A stretch of DNA of 64,000 nucleotides from Squalus acanthias (Eukaryota). Below are positions 11,980-24,925 of the stretch, one piece after another (the first letter of the stretch is position 1; every line of letters starts with the position of its first letter). The position numbers and the translations under genes were made by a program. The stretch spans positions 19,470,001-19,534,000 of the forward strand of contig CM059432.1 of NCBI GenBank assembly GCA_030390025.1, read 5' to 3'. Below the pieces are notes generated by a model that was given only the letters and a program-made list of their open reading frames with translations, was not told the DNA's origin and did no database searches.

Positions 11980-13143
11980 ATGGCGGCTGTACTGGCAGTC
12001 GACCTCGCCCTCCAGGATCTATGGTGGAGGGAGCGGAGGCAGCGAAGGCAGCGAGAAATGTGGCGAGAGGGAGAAGGGCCATGAGGGATCTCGCCAGGAG
12101 GCCTTAACCTCCGAGGGTATTCCAAGAGCACTTCTCCTAACTCCAATAAAGCAAGGAGCAGTGTATTAGAAGGCTCAGCTTCAGCAAGGAGGTGGTCACA
12201 GAACTCTGCCACCTACTGCAACCAGACCTCGAGCCACAGACCAGGGCTCTCACGGCTCTCACAGTAGCAGTCAAGGTCATCTTTGCCCTCAATTTCTTCG
12301 CCAGCGGATCCTTCCAGTCTGCAACAGAAGATATTACTAACATCTCGCAGTTTGCCGTCCATCGCTGCATCCGGGAGGTCACAGAGGCTCTCTACAGTAG
12401 GAGAAGGGATTACATTTCCTTCCCCATCACCAGAGAGAAGCAGGATGAACATGCATGTGGCTTTGCCAGGATAGCGGGCTTCCCCATGGTGCAGGGCGTC
12501 ATCGACTGCACCCACGTGACTTTGCGGGCACCGCATAACAATCCTGAGATCTTCCGTAACCGCAAAGGCTGCCACTCACTTAATGTACAGTTGGTGTGCG
12601 ACCACAGATAGCGAATCCTCAATGTCAATGCCCGCTATCCTGGCAGCAGCCACGATACCTTCATCCTGCGCCAGACCGGTGTGCCAGCACATTTCCAGCC
12701 ACCATGTCAAGCTCGCGGCTGGCTGGTCGGAGACAAGGGTTGTCCACTCTCCACCTGGCTCATGACTCCCCTCCGCAACCCCAACACTCCTGCCCAGCAC
12801 TCATAGAATGAGAGCTATGTGGCCACCAGGAACATAATTCAGCAGATCATCGGGGTGCTCAAGCAAAGTTTCCGCTGCCTTGACCACTCAGGAGGAGCCC
12901 TCCAGTACTCAGCTGAGCGGGTGTCCCATTTCGTTGTGGTGTGCTGCATGCTTCACAACTTGGCCATCATGAGGGCCCAGCCCTTGTCACCAGGGATTGC
13001 GGGACCACCTCAGGAGGAGGAAGAGGGAGAGGAGGAGGAGGAGAAGGAGGAGGAGGGTCAGGAGTGAGGGAGGAGGCAGCCACTCAATCGGCCTTCCGGA
13101 AGGGCAGTCTGTGACCACCTCATCAGACTACGGTTCCAATAAA
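11980..13143 (+). pseudogene. Harbinger DDE transposase (HARBI1-like), disrupted by stops and frameshifts
   Basis: ALNFFASGSFQ, GFPMVQGVIDCTH, NRKGCHSLNVQLVCD, YPGSSHD, GWLVGDKG, TRNIIQQIIGVLK.FRCL, CCMLHNLA; in-frame stops at ~12138, 12609, 12805. Confidence 0.92.
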
Positions 13144-13539
13144 TTAAGCCCCAGATCCCCATTGCTCACCACATCCTCATGATTCCATCCCTGTCGCAGG
13201 CCATATCACAGCACAAAGCTGAAATGAGAGACACCACAAAATAATCCAAACTGAATTAATAAATTTATCAATAATCAGTGAACACATATTTACAACAACA
13301 ATATTATTTATTCATCCTTATGCAATCCCTTAGTGCCACTCGTTACTGTGCCTTTGCCTACTCTAGTGGTCCTATGAAGTGTTGGTCCAGTGGTTGCAGC
13401 ACGGCTGGTGGAAGACCGCTGAGTGTCCATGTGGGAGACTTCAGACGGCCTTGCATCTACAGCCTGGAAGACCCGACTGTAGACTGCGCCACCTCAGCAT
13501 GGGTGGCAGCAGTCTGGACTGGCTGGATGACAGGCAGCG

Positions 13540-14789
13540 TCAAGGGCAATGGCGGAGTGCCAGTGGTGGGAGCAGGAATGCTGTCATCCTGAGAGAGGCA
13601 GAGCTCTGTGCAATGTTGGAGGCGGACTCCTCCACGCTCCTTACCATTGCCGAGAGGCGCTCGGGCACCCTTGCCATTGCACCTATCATCTCCGTGTGCA
13701 TGCCCAGCACCCTTCTTCTAAATGCCTCCTCATTGAGGTCCTCATCTGAGTTGTGTGCAGCAGAACTCGTGCACAAACTCGCCCGCCGTGGAACTGGCCC
13801 CCGAGCTACCCTTTTCCCCCTGGCCTTGCTGCAGCCCGCTCGTCCCTGGTGTATCACCCTGTGCAAATCCCACTACTATACTAGCCTCTAAAGAACACAT
13901 AGTGCCAGTATCTGAGCTGGTGCCTGCGGGTGAGAGATGCAGTGACGCGGCGTCTTCTTCCTCCTCCTCTTCTCCCGCCTCGCTCTCTACGGTACCCTCA
14001 GGGATAGGCTGCTCAGGTGCTTGCTCATTATCTGAAAGCATAAAGGTACAAGATTCAGGTTAAGGTGAAGGGAGGGGGCAGGAAGGGAGAAATGCATGCA
14101 TACAGCATGATTAGCTGGAAAGTGCGAAATGCTTGTGGGGCGAGGGGAACGTGGGATGTGAGAAGAAGGAGTAGGGATGAACATATTGTTGTTATCCCCA
14201 AGGGGGTCAATGTCACTGGTGGCCATGGCGCCCAATAATATGCAGCACTTGAGTGTTTGGGTGTCAGCTTGTCCCCCGCCTGTGCGCTCCTGCTCCCTTC
14301 TGTTGTGAGCCACCTTGGCCTGCAAGAGAAAGGAAAGTGTGTGAGTGAGTGTGGAGCAATGTGTCCGGGTGATGTGCCTGCCAAAGTTGAATAGCTGTGA
14401 TTCTGTGCAAGGTGTGGGATGTGGGTGTGAGTGTTGGTAGGTTGAGATTGTTGATGGGTGAGTGCTGGCAGTCTGGTGCTTTGAGCAGTTTGTGCAGACT
14501 GTGGTTCAGATGGTGGTATGTAGCATTTGTTGAAGCATTGACTCACCCTGACCACCCGAGTGAGGTTGTTAAATTTCTTCCTGCACTGTGTGTGGGTCCT
14601 GGGGACCACAGTGCTGCCCGAGACGTGCTGGGCTACCTCCCACCACATGGCGCGGAAGACTTGCGGCGAGGGCCTCCTGCCACTTGTCGGGTAGAGCACC
14701 GCCCTCCGTCTTTCTACTGCGAACACCAACACCTCCAATGCTTGGTCACAGAATCTGCGGACTCTCTCCCTGGGGCGTGGATCTGCCAT
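13540..14789 (-). pseudogene. Harbinger Myb/SANT (trihelix) DNA-binding protein gene, 3 exons, decayed
   Basis: Exon 1 14789-14547 MADPRPRERVRRF...WWEVA...QCRKKFNNL then gtgagt donor; acceptor ttgcag then exon 2 from 14319 AKVAHNRREQERTGGG; acceptor tttcag then exon 3 from 14031 (acidic tract, coiled-coil-like C-terminus); 3' end uncertain. Confidence 0.85.
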
Positions 14790-15834
14790 AATTACGGCCG
14801 CTTGAGTCGTCCGGCTCCTTCTCCTTGACCTGCTGCTGCTGGCTGAGACGGCTGCACAGCCAGCAATAATGAGAGTGAGGTTCTGCAGCATCAATGAACC
14901 TCCCCTTTAAGAACTGGAAAGAGCCTGTGGCAATGATGACTTGTGATTAGACTGCACCTGATATTGGTCAGTGCTTTGAATTTAACGCCACTGAGCTAGG
15001 CCATTAGCGCTTGATTTAGCGCTCCAATCCTTTCTTTGTGCAATGAGACTTAATTTTGCGTGCAGTCTGAAGCATTAGCACCTGGCGCTAATTCTCAAAC
15101 TTTTCAAAAGTTACCGCCCATTCCTGGGCTATAATGAATTTCTTCCCTAGAGTTCTATGCAATATATGACAACTAGACAAAGGAGAGGCGGGAGGGGAAA
15201 CAGCAGGAGCTGAGTATTTTGCACTTGAAATGCTTTCCTGTTGACTATCATGTTATGAAGTTAAACAATCAGACTTATCTTGGTGAAACAGAATTGAATT
15301 CTGTGGAAAGAAAACCACGTTAAAAATCGCTTAGCAAGTCTGACTGGCGCAGGTGAGAAATCTTGTTTCTAACTGTAGTATCGTTTGAAGAGACAGGTGG
15401 CTGTTTTATGTTTGGCAACATGCCCATCTGTCAATAAGTAAGACAAATGAGGCTATTTCTGAAATTACAGGATAACATTGCATTTGCCAAGTAATCGTAG
15501 TTCTTCAAAGTTCACAGCAATCCAATTCTATCAACAGAGCCAGTCTGGCACCACCGTCTCTGCTTGTTGAGCCACAGCTATTTCCTGAAATGAACAAAAC
15601 AGTCAAACAGTTTCATCCCCTCTGTGCCCCAAGCAAATAAAGGATGTCAGACAGTGAGAAGACAGCTCCTTGTAATATTGAAATACTGGGAGTGAGATTC
15701 TCTCCTCTATGCTTATGGCAAGTGCTATCAATATCTAGCAGATACTTAATGCAGTGCAGTGTCTGTTTGATATTATTTTATTTTTTCCATTATTATTTTT
15801 TATTCCCCGTTTTTTCTGTGAAGCTCCGATAGTA

Positions 15835-16095
15835 CCAATGCCACCTATAGTGCTACACTGAGCCTTGAAGAACAGGAAGGTCCCAGGTTCCACCCCCAGT
15901 CTATGCTGAGTTAGCTGATCTAAACTAGCCAGTGGTAAAGGAGCTACAGATGAGCCTAGTGCCAGGGAGGGGAATAGATCAGTCATGATTCCTACTCCTG
16001 GCCATTATCCAGTGGCTTCTACTGGATAGTGCGCTGGATAGTGTGCATGTGTGGATGTCGACTAAAGACTGGATTGGGCTTGGCTATGATGCCAC
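15835..16095 (+). mobile_element. AmnSINE2-like ancient SINE
   Basis: ggaaggtcccaggttc..tgctgagttagctgatct..atccagtg..gtgtggatgtcg..gggcttggctatgatgcc; family name from recall; second copy at 28762-28948 (-). Confidence 0.6.
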
Positions 16096-16098
16096 ATT

Positions 16099-16428
16099 GG
16101 GCAACATGGTGGCATAGTGGTTAGCACTGTTACCTCACAGCGCCAGGGACCCGGGTTCGAATCCGGCCTCGGATGAATGTCTGTGTGGAGTTTGCACATT
16201 CTCCCCGTGTCTGCGTGGGTTTCCTCCGGATGCTCCGGTTTCCTCCGGATGCTCCGGTTTCCTCCCACAGTCCAAAGATGTGCGGGTTAGGTTGATTTGG
16301 CTATGATAAATTGACCCTTAGTGTTAGGGGGATTAAATACGTGGGGTTACGGGGATAGGGTGGGATATGTGTCGGTGCAGGCTCGATGGGCCGAAATGGC
16401 CTCTATCTGCACTGTGGGGATTCTGTGA
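16099..16428 (+). mobile_element. V-SINE, HE1-like (elasmobranch)
   Basis: tRNA head (tggcatagtgg / ggttcgaatcc), V-domain tgtgtggagtttgcacattctccccgtgtctgcgtgggtttcctccgg with a 19-bp internal duplication, CR1-derived tail. Confidence 0.88.
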
Positions 16429-16507
16429 AATAATTTCCCAATTATTGTTATGCCTATTTCTGTCACATCTATCTGCTATGCACTTGTCACAACTAAATGT
16501 ACTTAAA

Positions 16508-16960
16508 AACATAAGAAATAGGAGCAGGATTAGGCCATACGGCCCCTTGAGCCTGCTCCGCCATTCAGTAAGATCATGGCTGATCTTCGACCTCAACTCC
16601 ACTTTCCGCCCTATTGCCATATCCCTTGATTCCTTTAGTGTCCAAAAATCTATCGATCTCAATCTTGAACATACTCAATGACTCAGCATCCACAGATCTC
16701 TGGGGTAGAGAATTCCAATGATTCACAACCCTCTGAGTGAAGAAATTTCTCCTCATCTCAGTCCTCTGACTGGTCGATCCCTTATCCTGAGACTATCACC
16801 CCTAGTTCTAGACTCTCCAGCCAGAGGAAACAGCCTCTCAGTATCTGTCAATCCCCCTCAGAATCTTGTATTTTTCAATGAGATCACCTCTTATTCTTCA
16901 AAAATCCAAAGATTATAGGCCCATTCTACTCAAGCTCTCTTCATAGGACAGCCCTCTCAT
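16508..16960 (-). mobile_element. CR1 LINE 3' fragment
   Basis: MRRNFFTQRVVNHWNSLPQ; CR1 3'UTR. Confidence 0.88.
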
Positions 16961-18336
16961 TACCAATTCATTCTAATTACTTCTGATCAAGACCTCCAAT
17001 TTCGTCTTCCAACGTAGGTGGCATTGTTGTTTACTTATCTCTGAGCGCTCCCAGCTGTGTTTCATAGCTAGCTGGCGCAGTTTTCTACCACCTTGGAGTT
17101 AGTACAATTGGGACAAGATCGCCTGCCTCCTCCATACTGGCAGCACTGCAGTCTTCTCTGTCTCAGCCTGGATCCCTTCTGCCTGAAACTCCAGTGCAAA
17201 CTTGAATGCCTGTGTTGTTAGTTGTTGCTGAGAGTGACGCAGTCAAGGTGGTGGGTTGTAGAGTTTCATTGGGAAAACCTCTGGAATAAATACTCACAAA
17301 CAGACCTCACCTACCACTGCCATGACTGCAGTGGAGAGGGATGAAGAAACAAATAGGATGAGGGAGAGGTGGAGGCAAGGAAGGAGAGTGGCAGAGGAGA
17401 GTGAAAGGGTAAGTGGGGCGGGAGGTGAGGGGAACAGAGGAGTGGTGGGGGAGAGGAAGGGAAAAGGGAGGCTGGGGAGGATGGAAGAGGGGAGACTAAG
17501 GGAATGCTGAGAAAGGGGAATTCAGATCAGCACAGATAGAAGGATTGAGGCACGAGACAGCTGGCCATCGGAGGAGCTCAAATGTAGCCAGTGGAGTGAG
17601 CGAGGGGGGTGCTGTTAAACGGGAAATGAAGCGGGGTAGGGGTAGCCTGTGAGGGTGAACTGCAGCCAGTGGGGGACTGGGGCAGGGAGGAAGACACTGG
17701 CAGCCAGCGGGTGGGTTGAAACAGGAAATGCAGCCAACAAGGGAGCGGTTGGCGGAGGTTGTGGGGGGGGGGGGGAGCAGTTGGTAGGCGAATTGCAGCC
17801 AGCAGTGAACGCATGGGGATTGAGCCAGTGTAGGAGGGTGGGGAGGGGGGAATTAACTCAATTCTTGACTTGCTGCTCAGTGGGGGTGGGTCCATAATTC
17901 CTGCTGAGCATAGGGGGAAGGGCGGGGTCTAGGTAACAGGGGAGGTGGGCATACTTGCTTATCAGCTGGTGAGCTTTTGTTTTGCTCAGATGCTGGGACT
18001 TACACTGGTGTTTCAAGAGCTCTTGATACTCACCAGCTACTTGGAATTGCTGCCTTCCATCCAGCTAAGAATTTTGAGGCTGTTCTTCCCCTTCCCTGTC
18101 TCTATTTGCAGGCAGCTAGCAGGGAAGGGGCAGCCAGCAACAGACCCAGCGGGGAGAGTAAAATAGTGGCCGGGTGGAGAGACGGTGGTCGGTCTTGCCA
18201 CCCCATTTCCACTGCTACCCCGCCTGATTGTCATTGCGACTGTGTTGAGGTCTATCCCACTATCAGGCATTGTAACTCCTCCCGGCCAGTTCCCAGTGCC
18301 AGCAAGATGATCCGCACTCAATAGATAATGAGAAGG

Positions 18337-18464
18337 TAGCAAAATACTGCGGATGCTGGAAATCTGAAATAACAACAGAAAACGCTGGATAAACTCAGCA
18401 GGCCAGGCAGCATCCGTGGAGAGAGAAAGAGAGTTAACGTTTCAGGTCGATGACCTTTCGTCAG
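18337..18464 (-). mobile_element. Penelope family B mini-insertion (hammerhead core + pLTR end only)
   Basis: Reverse complement starts ctgacgaaaggtcatcgacctgaaacgttaact; TSD agataatgagaagg at 18323-18336 and 18463-18476. Confidence 0.88.
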
Positions 18465-19361
18465 ATAATGAGAAGGGTTCTTTTGTTTATTTAAAAAATA
18501 GTAGCAGAAATGGTATCAATAAAATGCAAAAGGATGGTAGTCTGATAGTCTAATTTAACTTCTTTCTAAGTGTATATAGTAATAGCACTATGGAGGATTT
18601 TAATTGCCCAGTTATTCCATGGCCTGATAGAGGACAGTCACGTAATGAGGAGGGCAGGGCTGAAATATTTGCAGATATTATGGATGATTGCATTTAGCTC
18701 ACGGTAATGCCAAGCATGTGCGTAGTGTGCAGGGTCACGCTTTAAAGGCTGCAGAGCACGAGAGACCCGGGCGTCATTGCCTGTGAAACAGGGAAGATCC
18801 AGATCAGTGTTGCGGGGCTGTAGAGAAAGAAAATAGAGGGTTAAGATGTATAGTTAGCTCAGTGAAATACAAAATCAGAAATAAAACACTTGCCCTTCAT
18901 AACACACTTGGTATAGATCCATTTCGAGTGCTGTGCCCAGTTTTGGTCCCACTATCAGAACACGAACAGGGAACAGGGTGGTTTTTTACTAGGCAAACCT
19001 AGGGCTCGATTTTAACTTCCGGGTGGGAAGTGAGTGGCTAACATTGCCCAGGAGTGGGGAGACTCACCCGATTTTAAAATTGGGGAAAGGTCCCTGGCAC
19101 AAGGCAAGTGTTCTGGGAAGTTAAAAACACAGTCACGGGGGGTTGGGGGGTTGGGAAGCCCGGGGCAGGGGACCTACCTTACTGGACTTCTTCTGGGCCT
19201 GTGCATCCACAGCCTTTTGGGAGAAAGAGTTCCAGATTTCCGCTTAACTATTCAATTTTCTGGTATCACCTTTATGTCCAATGAGCTTTGTATAGAATTG
19301 ACCACAGCATCCCCTAGCGCTACTCACATCCTCTACAGTCCGTTTAGATGGTAAAAACCAT

Positions 19362-19890
19362 GGCCTAGAAATTCAAGCGTGCCCAAATATGGACGCACAA
19401 CAGGTGCGGGGAACGATCCCACACCTGAACAGATAGGCCTGAGGCCTTATCATCATCGAGCCGGCAAGCTGTGGACACCTAATGGGTGTCCCCAGGCAGC
19501 TCACAGAGGAAGAGGACTCGAAGATCAGGCCACTGCAACGCCAGCAGTGACCCTCAGGTAAGTCCTGAAAGGGGACCAGGAAGGAGGGCAGCAACAGCAA
19601 TTAGGGAGAGGGTTTGAAGTCGCGATAGAGGGTGGGAGTTGTAACCGGCAGCATGTATCCCATGTAGTTTGAATGTGGAGCCGGGTGGAACACTCCTACG
19701 CCTCCCAGATCCACATTCAGGTAAGTATATTTTAAACACTTACCTTATTGGTTGCGGTCTCTTTAAGGACCGCCTGTTAGGCCGCATGTAGGCCAGCTTT
19801 TCCTGATCGCAGCCGGCCTGGTGCCGGCTGTGATCAGGGAGCCCAATATTGCGAGAGGCCTTGAACAGGTGTTTGACCCTTTACATAATC
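19362..19890. mobile_element. Harbinger-type non-autonomous element fragment (a similar terminus gggctcgatttt starts at 19001)
   Basis: Starts ggcctagaaatt like the other Harbinger termini here; right end not resolved. Confidence 0.45.
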
Positions 19891-20363
19891 AAAAAAGGGT
19901 AAATGCCTGTTTCCTAAAAATCTGTTTCTTCAAGCATCCTTTTAACTCCTCTCCTCTCAAACTTTCTGTTCTTCCCTCCTGCTATGCATCTAAGAACAGG
20001 AGTAGACCATTTAGCCCCTCGAGTCTGTTCCGCCATTCAGTGAGAACATGGCTGATCTGCAACTGAACTCCATCTATTTTCTTCCTCTGCCCTGTGACGA
20101 GTTCAGATTGTAGGTTGTAAGACCCTTCCCACCCCCACTTCCATTAAACCAATTGATTTTTCTGCCTCTTCTAATCATTTTAAAGTATCAGAGCTACCAA
20201 CATTAAAAATATTAAATTATTTAGATTTAGATCCCTTAGTATTTGGAACAGTATTTGATGGGGTGAACACGAGGCAGTGCTGCAGAACAGTGTAAGAATC
20301 AAATTTTATTTTCCAAAGTGCTTTGAAAGCCCTCCGTAGAACCATTAGGGTCACAGAGTCATA

Positions 20364-21256
20364 GGGGTAGAAATTAGGTCGCGCCCCATTTGGGGCGCAA
20401 ATATCGTCTGGACGCAAATATTAGCGCCTGGCGCTAATTATCGGCACTGACAGGAAACTTCACTTTTACCGCCCCGGGAGGTGAGTGGAGCGCTAAAGCA
20501 GGCGCTGCACACCTGTCTTAAGGCGCAAAGGCCAAGGAGCGAGGCGCTAACTCAGAGCGCTGGCGAAGCTCATGTAATGTCAGTCAGCAATGGAACACAC
20601 ACACAATGGCACGGGCCAGTTCTTAAAGGGGATGGTTAATCTTGCTTTCCATCCACATCCTGTTCATTGCAGCCTTGAATCTCGGCCTGGAGAGACTTGC
20701 ACATCAAATGTGCTGGAAAGAACAATGGAGAGTACCAGGCAAAGAGCTCAGAGTGCAGCTCCCACAGTCTCTGCTAAATCGATACAAGGAATGGCAAATC
20801 AAAATGAACCTGCAAAGTGCTGCTCAGTACCCAAAACTCCTTCACACAACGTTGAATCTCTCCAGAAGTCTCTCCCTCTCTCTCTCAGAATGCGTAGTTC
20901 AAAAATGCCACCAACAATAAAAGACAGGAAGAGGCCCCCTTTAAATAGCGCCCCCCCCAGCCCCACAGCGATTGATAGCGTTCCAGTCTTCTGGTCGTTG
21001 GATGCGCCAGGCGGTAAGGCAGGGGGCGCCACTCAATTTCCGCTCTGGGGCGCCCCAAGGGCTTTGCACCATGGAATGACGTCATAATCTGCGCGCGCAG
21101 GTGGTCGCAGCGGTAAGTTTTAGCGCCGCCGCACAATCTCAAGTTAAGTTCTCGAGCGGCGCAAACATCGCTGCGCCCGGGCGTTAGCGGCTTTGCGCCC
21201 CATTAGCGCCCTCTTAAGGCGCTAACGGGAGGCGCAACCAAGTGAATTTTTACCCC
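20364..21256. mobile_element. non-autonomous Harbinger element (MITE)
   Basis: TIR ggggtagaaatt / aatttttacccc; 3-bp TSD ATA; gcgctaa repeats; homologous to 35480-36285. Confidence 0.88.
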
Positions 21257-21416
21257 ATACAGTCATAACGGCACAGAAGGAGGCCATTCGGCCCATCGAG
21301 TCCAAGCCGGCTCTCTGTAGAGCAATCCAGTCAGTCCCATTCCTCCACTCTATCCCCGTAGCCCTGCAAGTTTATTTCCCTCAAGTGCCCATCCAGTCTC
21401 CCCTTGAAAACATTGA

Positions 21417-22426
21417 GGGGGGAAAATTGAGTCGTGCCCCCTTTGGGGCGCTAACTTCGCCGGGGCGCTACTTTTAGCGCCCCCGCGGCCGAAATTCATC
21501 GGTAATGCTCCAAGAGGGAAGCGGGGTGCTACTGGAAACGCCCCGCCTCCCTCTTGGGGCACTGTGAGTGAATATCGTGGCGCTATGTGGCGCTGCGGCA
21601 CGACGCGCCGCGATATGGCATGCAATCCTCCCCTTCTTAAAGGGGAGGGGCCTAGCGCAGTGCGACCCAGGGCCCAGATGGGCCACCATAGAAACATAGA
21701 AGATAGGAGCAGGAGTAGGACATTCGGCCCCTCGAGCCTGCTCCGCCATTTAATGAGATCATGGCTGATCATCCAAATTCAGTACCCTGTCCCTGCTTTG
21801 TCCCTATATCACTTGATCCCTTTAGCCTTAAGAAATATATCTAACTCCTTCGAGAATATATTTAATAAATTGGCCTCAACTGCCTTCTGTGGTAGAGAAT
21901 TCCACAGGTTCACCACTCTCTGGGTGAAGAAATTCCTCCTCATCTCAGTCCTAAAAGGCTTACCCCTTTTCCAGGGATCGGAGTGCCGGCAAAAGAGAAG
22001 TGCCGGGCTCATGGAGCGCAGCCAGCACTCCGGGGGGCGGGGGGGGGGATTCAGAGGAGGCTGGGAACGGCAGAGGGGGCAGGTGCTGGCAGGCGGCCAG
22101 CAACAAAAATGGCCACCCGGCACCTCCCCTTTAATTTGCGCCGCCCCAACCGCAGGTAGGCCCCCCCTGACCCTGTCAGACATAGCGTCCGGCGATAATT
22201 CAGGAGGCGCTACCGAAGATCGTGGCCGGGGCGTGAGCGGGGCGCTGCGCACGGTGATGAGGTCATCGCCTGCAGCGCAGCGCCGCGGGGCGCTAACGGT
22301 TACCGCTGAATTTGCGCTGAATTTGCTGCATTGGCGGCGCCGTGCCCGGGCGCTAGTTGCTTTGCGCCCCATTAGCACCCCCTTAGGGTGCTAACGGGAG
22401 GTGCAAAGCAACCGAATTTTTAGGCC
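21417..22426. mobile_element. non-autonomous Harbinger element containing a CR1 3' fragment (21688-21966, -)
   Basis: Ends ggggggaaaatt / aatttttaggcc; TSD TGA at 21414-21416 and 22427-22429. Confidence 0.85.
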
Positions 22427-23249
22427 TGAGTGTCTCCGCTTCCACCACTTCCGTCGGCAGCGAATTCTAAGTCATCACCACTCGCTGCATAAAAAAGTTT
22501 TTCCTCACATCCCCCCTGTATCTCTTGCCCAAAACCTTAAATCTGTGTCCCCTAGTCCTTGTACCATCAACTAATGGGAACAGCCTTTCCCCGTCTAGCC
22601 TATCCAAACCCATCATAATCTTGTACACCTCTATCAAATCACCCCACAACCTTCTTTGCTCTAATGAAAACAAATCCAGCTTCTCCAACCTGTCCTTGTA
22701 GCTAAGATCCCCCATCCCCGGAACCATTCTGGTAAATCTCCTCTGCACCCTCTCAAGGGCCTTCACATCTTTCCTAAAGTGTGGTGACCAGAACTGGACG
22801 CAATACTCCAGTTGTGGCCTAACCAGCGCTTTATAAAGGTTCAGCATAACTTCTCTACTTTTGTACTCAATACCTCTATTTATGAAGCCCAAGATCCCAT
22901 ATGCTTTGTTAACCACTCTCTCAATACGTCCTGCCACCTTCAGGGACCTATGCACATTAACTCCCAGGTCTCTCTGTCCCTGCACACTCTATAAAACTGT
23001 GCCATTAAGTGTATATTGTCTCTCCCTATTCCTTCTGCCAAAATGCATCACCTCACACTTCTCTGTATTAAATTCCATCTGCCACTTGTCTGCCCATTCT
23101 ATGTCCTGTTGCAGTCGATTGGTATCATCATCACTGTTTGCCACACCCCCAAGTTTGGTGTCATTGGCAAATTTAGAAATTCTACTCTGTATTCCAATAT
23201 CCAGGTCATTTACATATATATCAAGAAAAGCTTCAAAACCCATTTTTGA

Positions 23250-24163
23250 ATTTTTCGTATTCTTTCTTAGTCTCCTCCTATCTGATATGGTACTACTTCC
23301 GCCTCTAGTACTATCTTCTCTAGTACTATCCAACACACTCACTCTTTTCTGCACCTTATTTCTCTTTTCTACTCCTATATGCTGGTGCCCATCCCCCTGC
23401 CAAGTGAGTTTAAACCCTCCCCAACAGCAAACCTCTCTGCGAGAATATTGGTCCTGGCTCTGTTGAGGTGTAACCCGTCCGGCTTGTACAGGTCTCACCT
23501 TCCCCATAAATGGTCCCAATGCCTCAGGAATCTAAAGCCCTCCCTCCTGCACCATCTCTCCAGCCACGCATTCTTCTGTTCTATCCTCCTATTCCTGTAC
23601 TCACTAGCACGTGACACCGGGAGTAATCCAGAGATTACTACCTTTGAGGTCCTGCTTTTTAATCTCTCTCCTAGCTCCCTAAACTCTGCCTGCAGGACCT
23701 CATCCCTCTTTCTGCCTATGTCGTTGGTACCGATATGGACAATGACCTCTGGCTGTTCAACTTCCCCCCTCAGAGTGTCCTACAGCCACTCAGTGACATC
23801 CTTGACCCTGGCACCAGGGAGGCAACATACCATCCTGGAGTCACGTCTACGGCCGCAGAAACACCTGTCTGCGCCCCCTAAGTATCGAACCCCTGCCACT
23901 ATTGCTCTTCCACTCTTCTTCCTCCCCCACTGTGCAGCTGAGCCGCCCGTGGTGCCGTGGACTTGATTCTGGCTGCACTCCCCAGAGGAACCATTGCCCT
24001 CGCCAGTACTCAGAACAGAATACTGGTTGGAGAGCGCGATGCACTCCGGGGACTCCTGCACTGCCTGCCTGGTCCTCCTCTTCTGTCTGGCGGTCACCCA
24101 TTCCCTCTCTGCCTGCACACTCTTAAGCTGCGGGGTGACCACCTCTAGAAACGTGCTATCCAC
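23250..24163 (-). pseudogene. CR1 ORF1 remnant with SGNH esterase-like domain
   Basis: LSNQYSVL, RAIVAG, CGRRRDSRMVCCLPGARVKDVT, VHIGTNDIG, GFKLTWQG. Confidence 0.85.
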
Positions 24164-24635
24164 AGGGTGACAAAGAGACTCGCTCTAAAATTAAGCAAAA
24201 GAATTGAGAGCACCAAAAGAGGTTGCAAAAGACCATGGAGAGAAGGAGCAGGGGAATAAAAGACACGGAAAGCAACAACAAAAGAAATGAAGATCGAGCA
24301 TTGAGAAAGGAAGAAGAAGCAGAGCTGGGAAACATCACAAGCAAGTCTACATAAGTTCATTCCCAACATTTATTTGAAAATAATTTAACAGAGAAACACA
24401 GAAGAAAGAGAAAGAAAAACTTGTATTTATTTTGGATTCTAGGGGAATCAAGGGATATGGGGATTGGGCGGGAAAGTGGGGTTGAGGTCTAAGATCAGCC
24501 ATGATCTTATTGAATGGTGGAGCAGGCTCGAGGGGCTGTATGGCCCACTCCTGCTCCTAACTCATATGTTCTTATGTTCTTATATAGTGGCGTTCATAAC
24601 CTCAGGACATCACAAAGCAATTCACAGTCAATGAA

Positions 24636-24723
24636 AGGGCATCGACCTGAAACGTTAATTCTGTTTCTCTCTCCACCGATGGTGCCTGATCTGCTGAGTA
24701 TTTCCAGCATTTTCTGTTTTTAT
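24636..24723 (+). mobile_element. Penelope family B mini-insertion starting inside the hammerhead core
   Basis: (atgaa)agggcatcgacctgaaacgttaatt...; TSD ttcacagtcaatgaa at 24621-24635 and 24724-24738. Confidence 0.85.
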
Positions 24724-24925
24724 TTCACAGTCAATGAAGTATTTTTGAAGTATATTCACTTCATATAGTCACTATAGTAACGTAGGGAAACCCGGCATCC
24801 AGTAAGCATAATCTCAGAAACAGCAATGAGATAAATGCCAGATGATCTGTTTTTGGTGATGTTGGTTGAGGAATAAACGTTGCCCAGAACAGTGGGAGAA
24901 CTCCCTTTACTCTTCTTTGAAAGGT

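Larger units (their letters stand above)
11470..15147. mobile_element. PIF/Harbinger DNA transposon, full two-gene architecture, decayed
   Basis: Termini ggggaaattca... / ...tgaatttcttccc flanked by taa/tag; gcgctaa-rich subtermini; convergent transposase and Myb/SANT genes. Confidence 0.88.
21257..24165 (-). mobile_element. CR1 LINE with ORF1 fused to the distal RT by an internal deletion; interrupted by MITE 21417-22426
   Basis: ORF1 remnant 23250-24163 joins IYVNDLDIGIQSRISKFANDTKL at ~23215; RT C-terminus 22467-22985; 3'UTR 21260-21416. Confidence 0.85.

Noticed and set aside
12192..13067. Host HARBI1 gene
   Set aside because: Multiple stops, flanked by TIRs and paired with a Myb gene, so a transposon copy
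14055..14894. 279-aa single-exon ORF
   Set aside because: Only 14789-14547 is coding; the rest reads through a GT-AG intron and upstream UTR
21564..22394. 276-aa ORF
   Set aside because: Chance frame across a GC-rich MITE and an antisense CR1 insert
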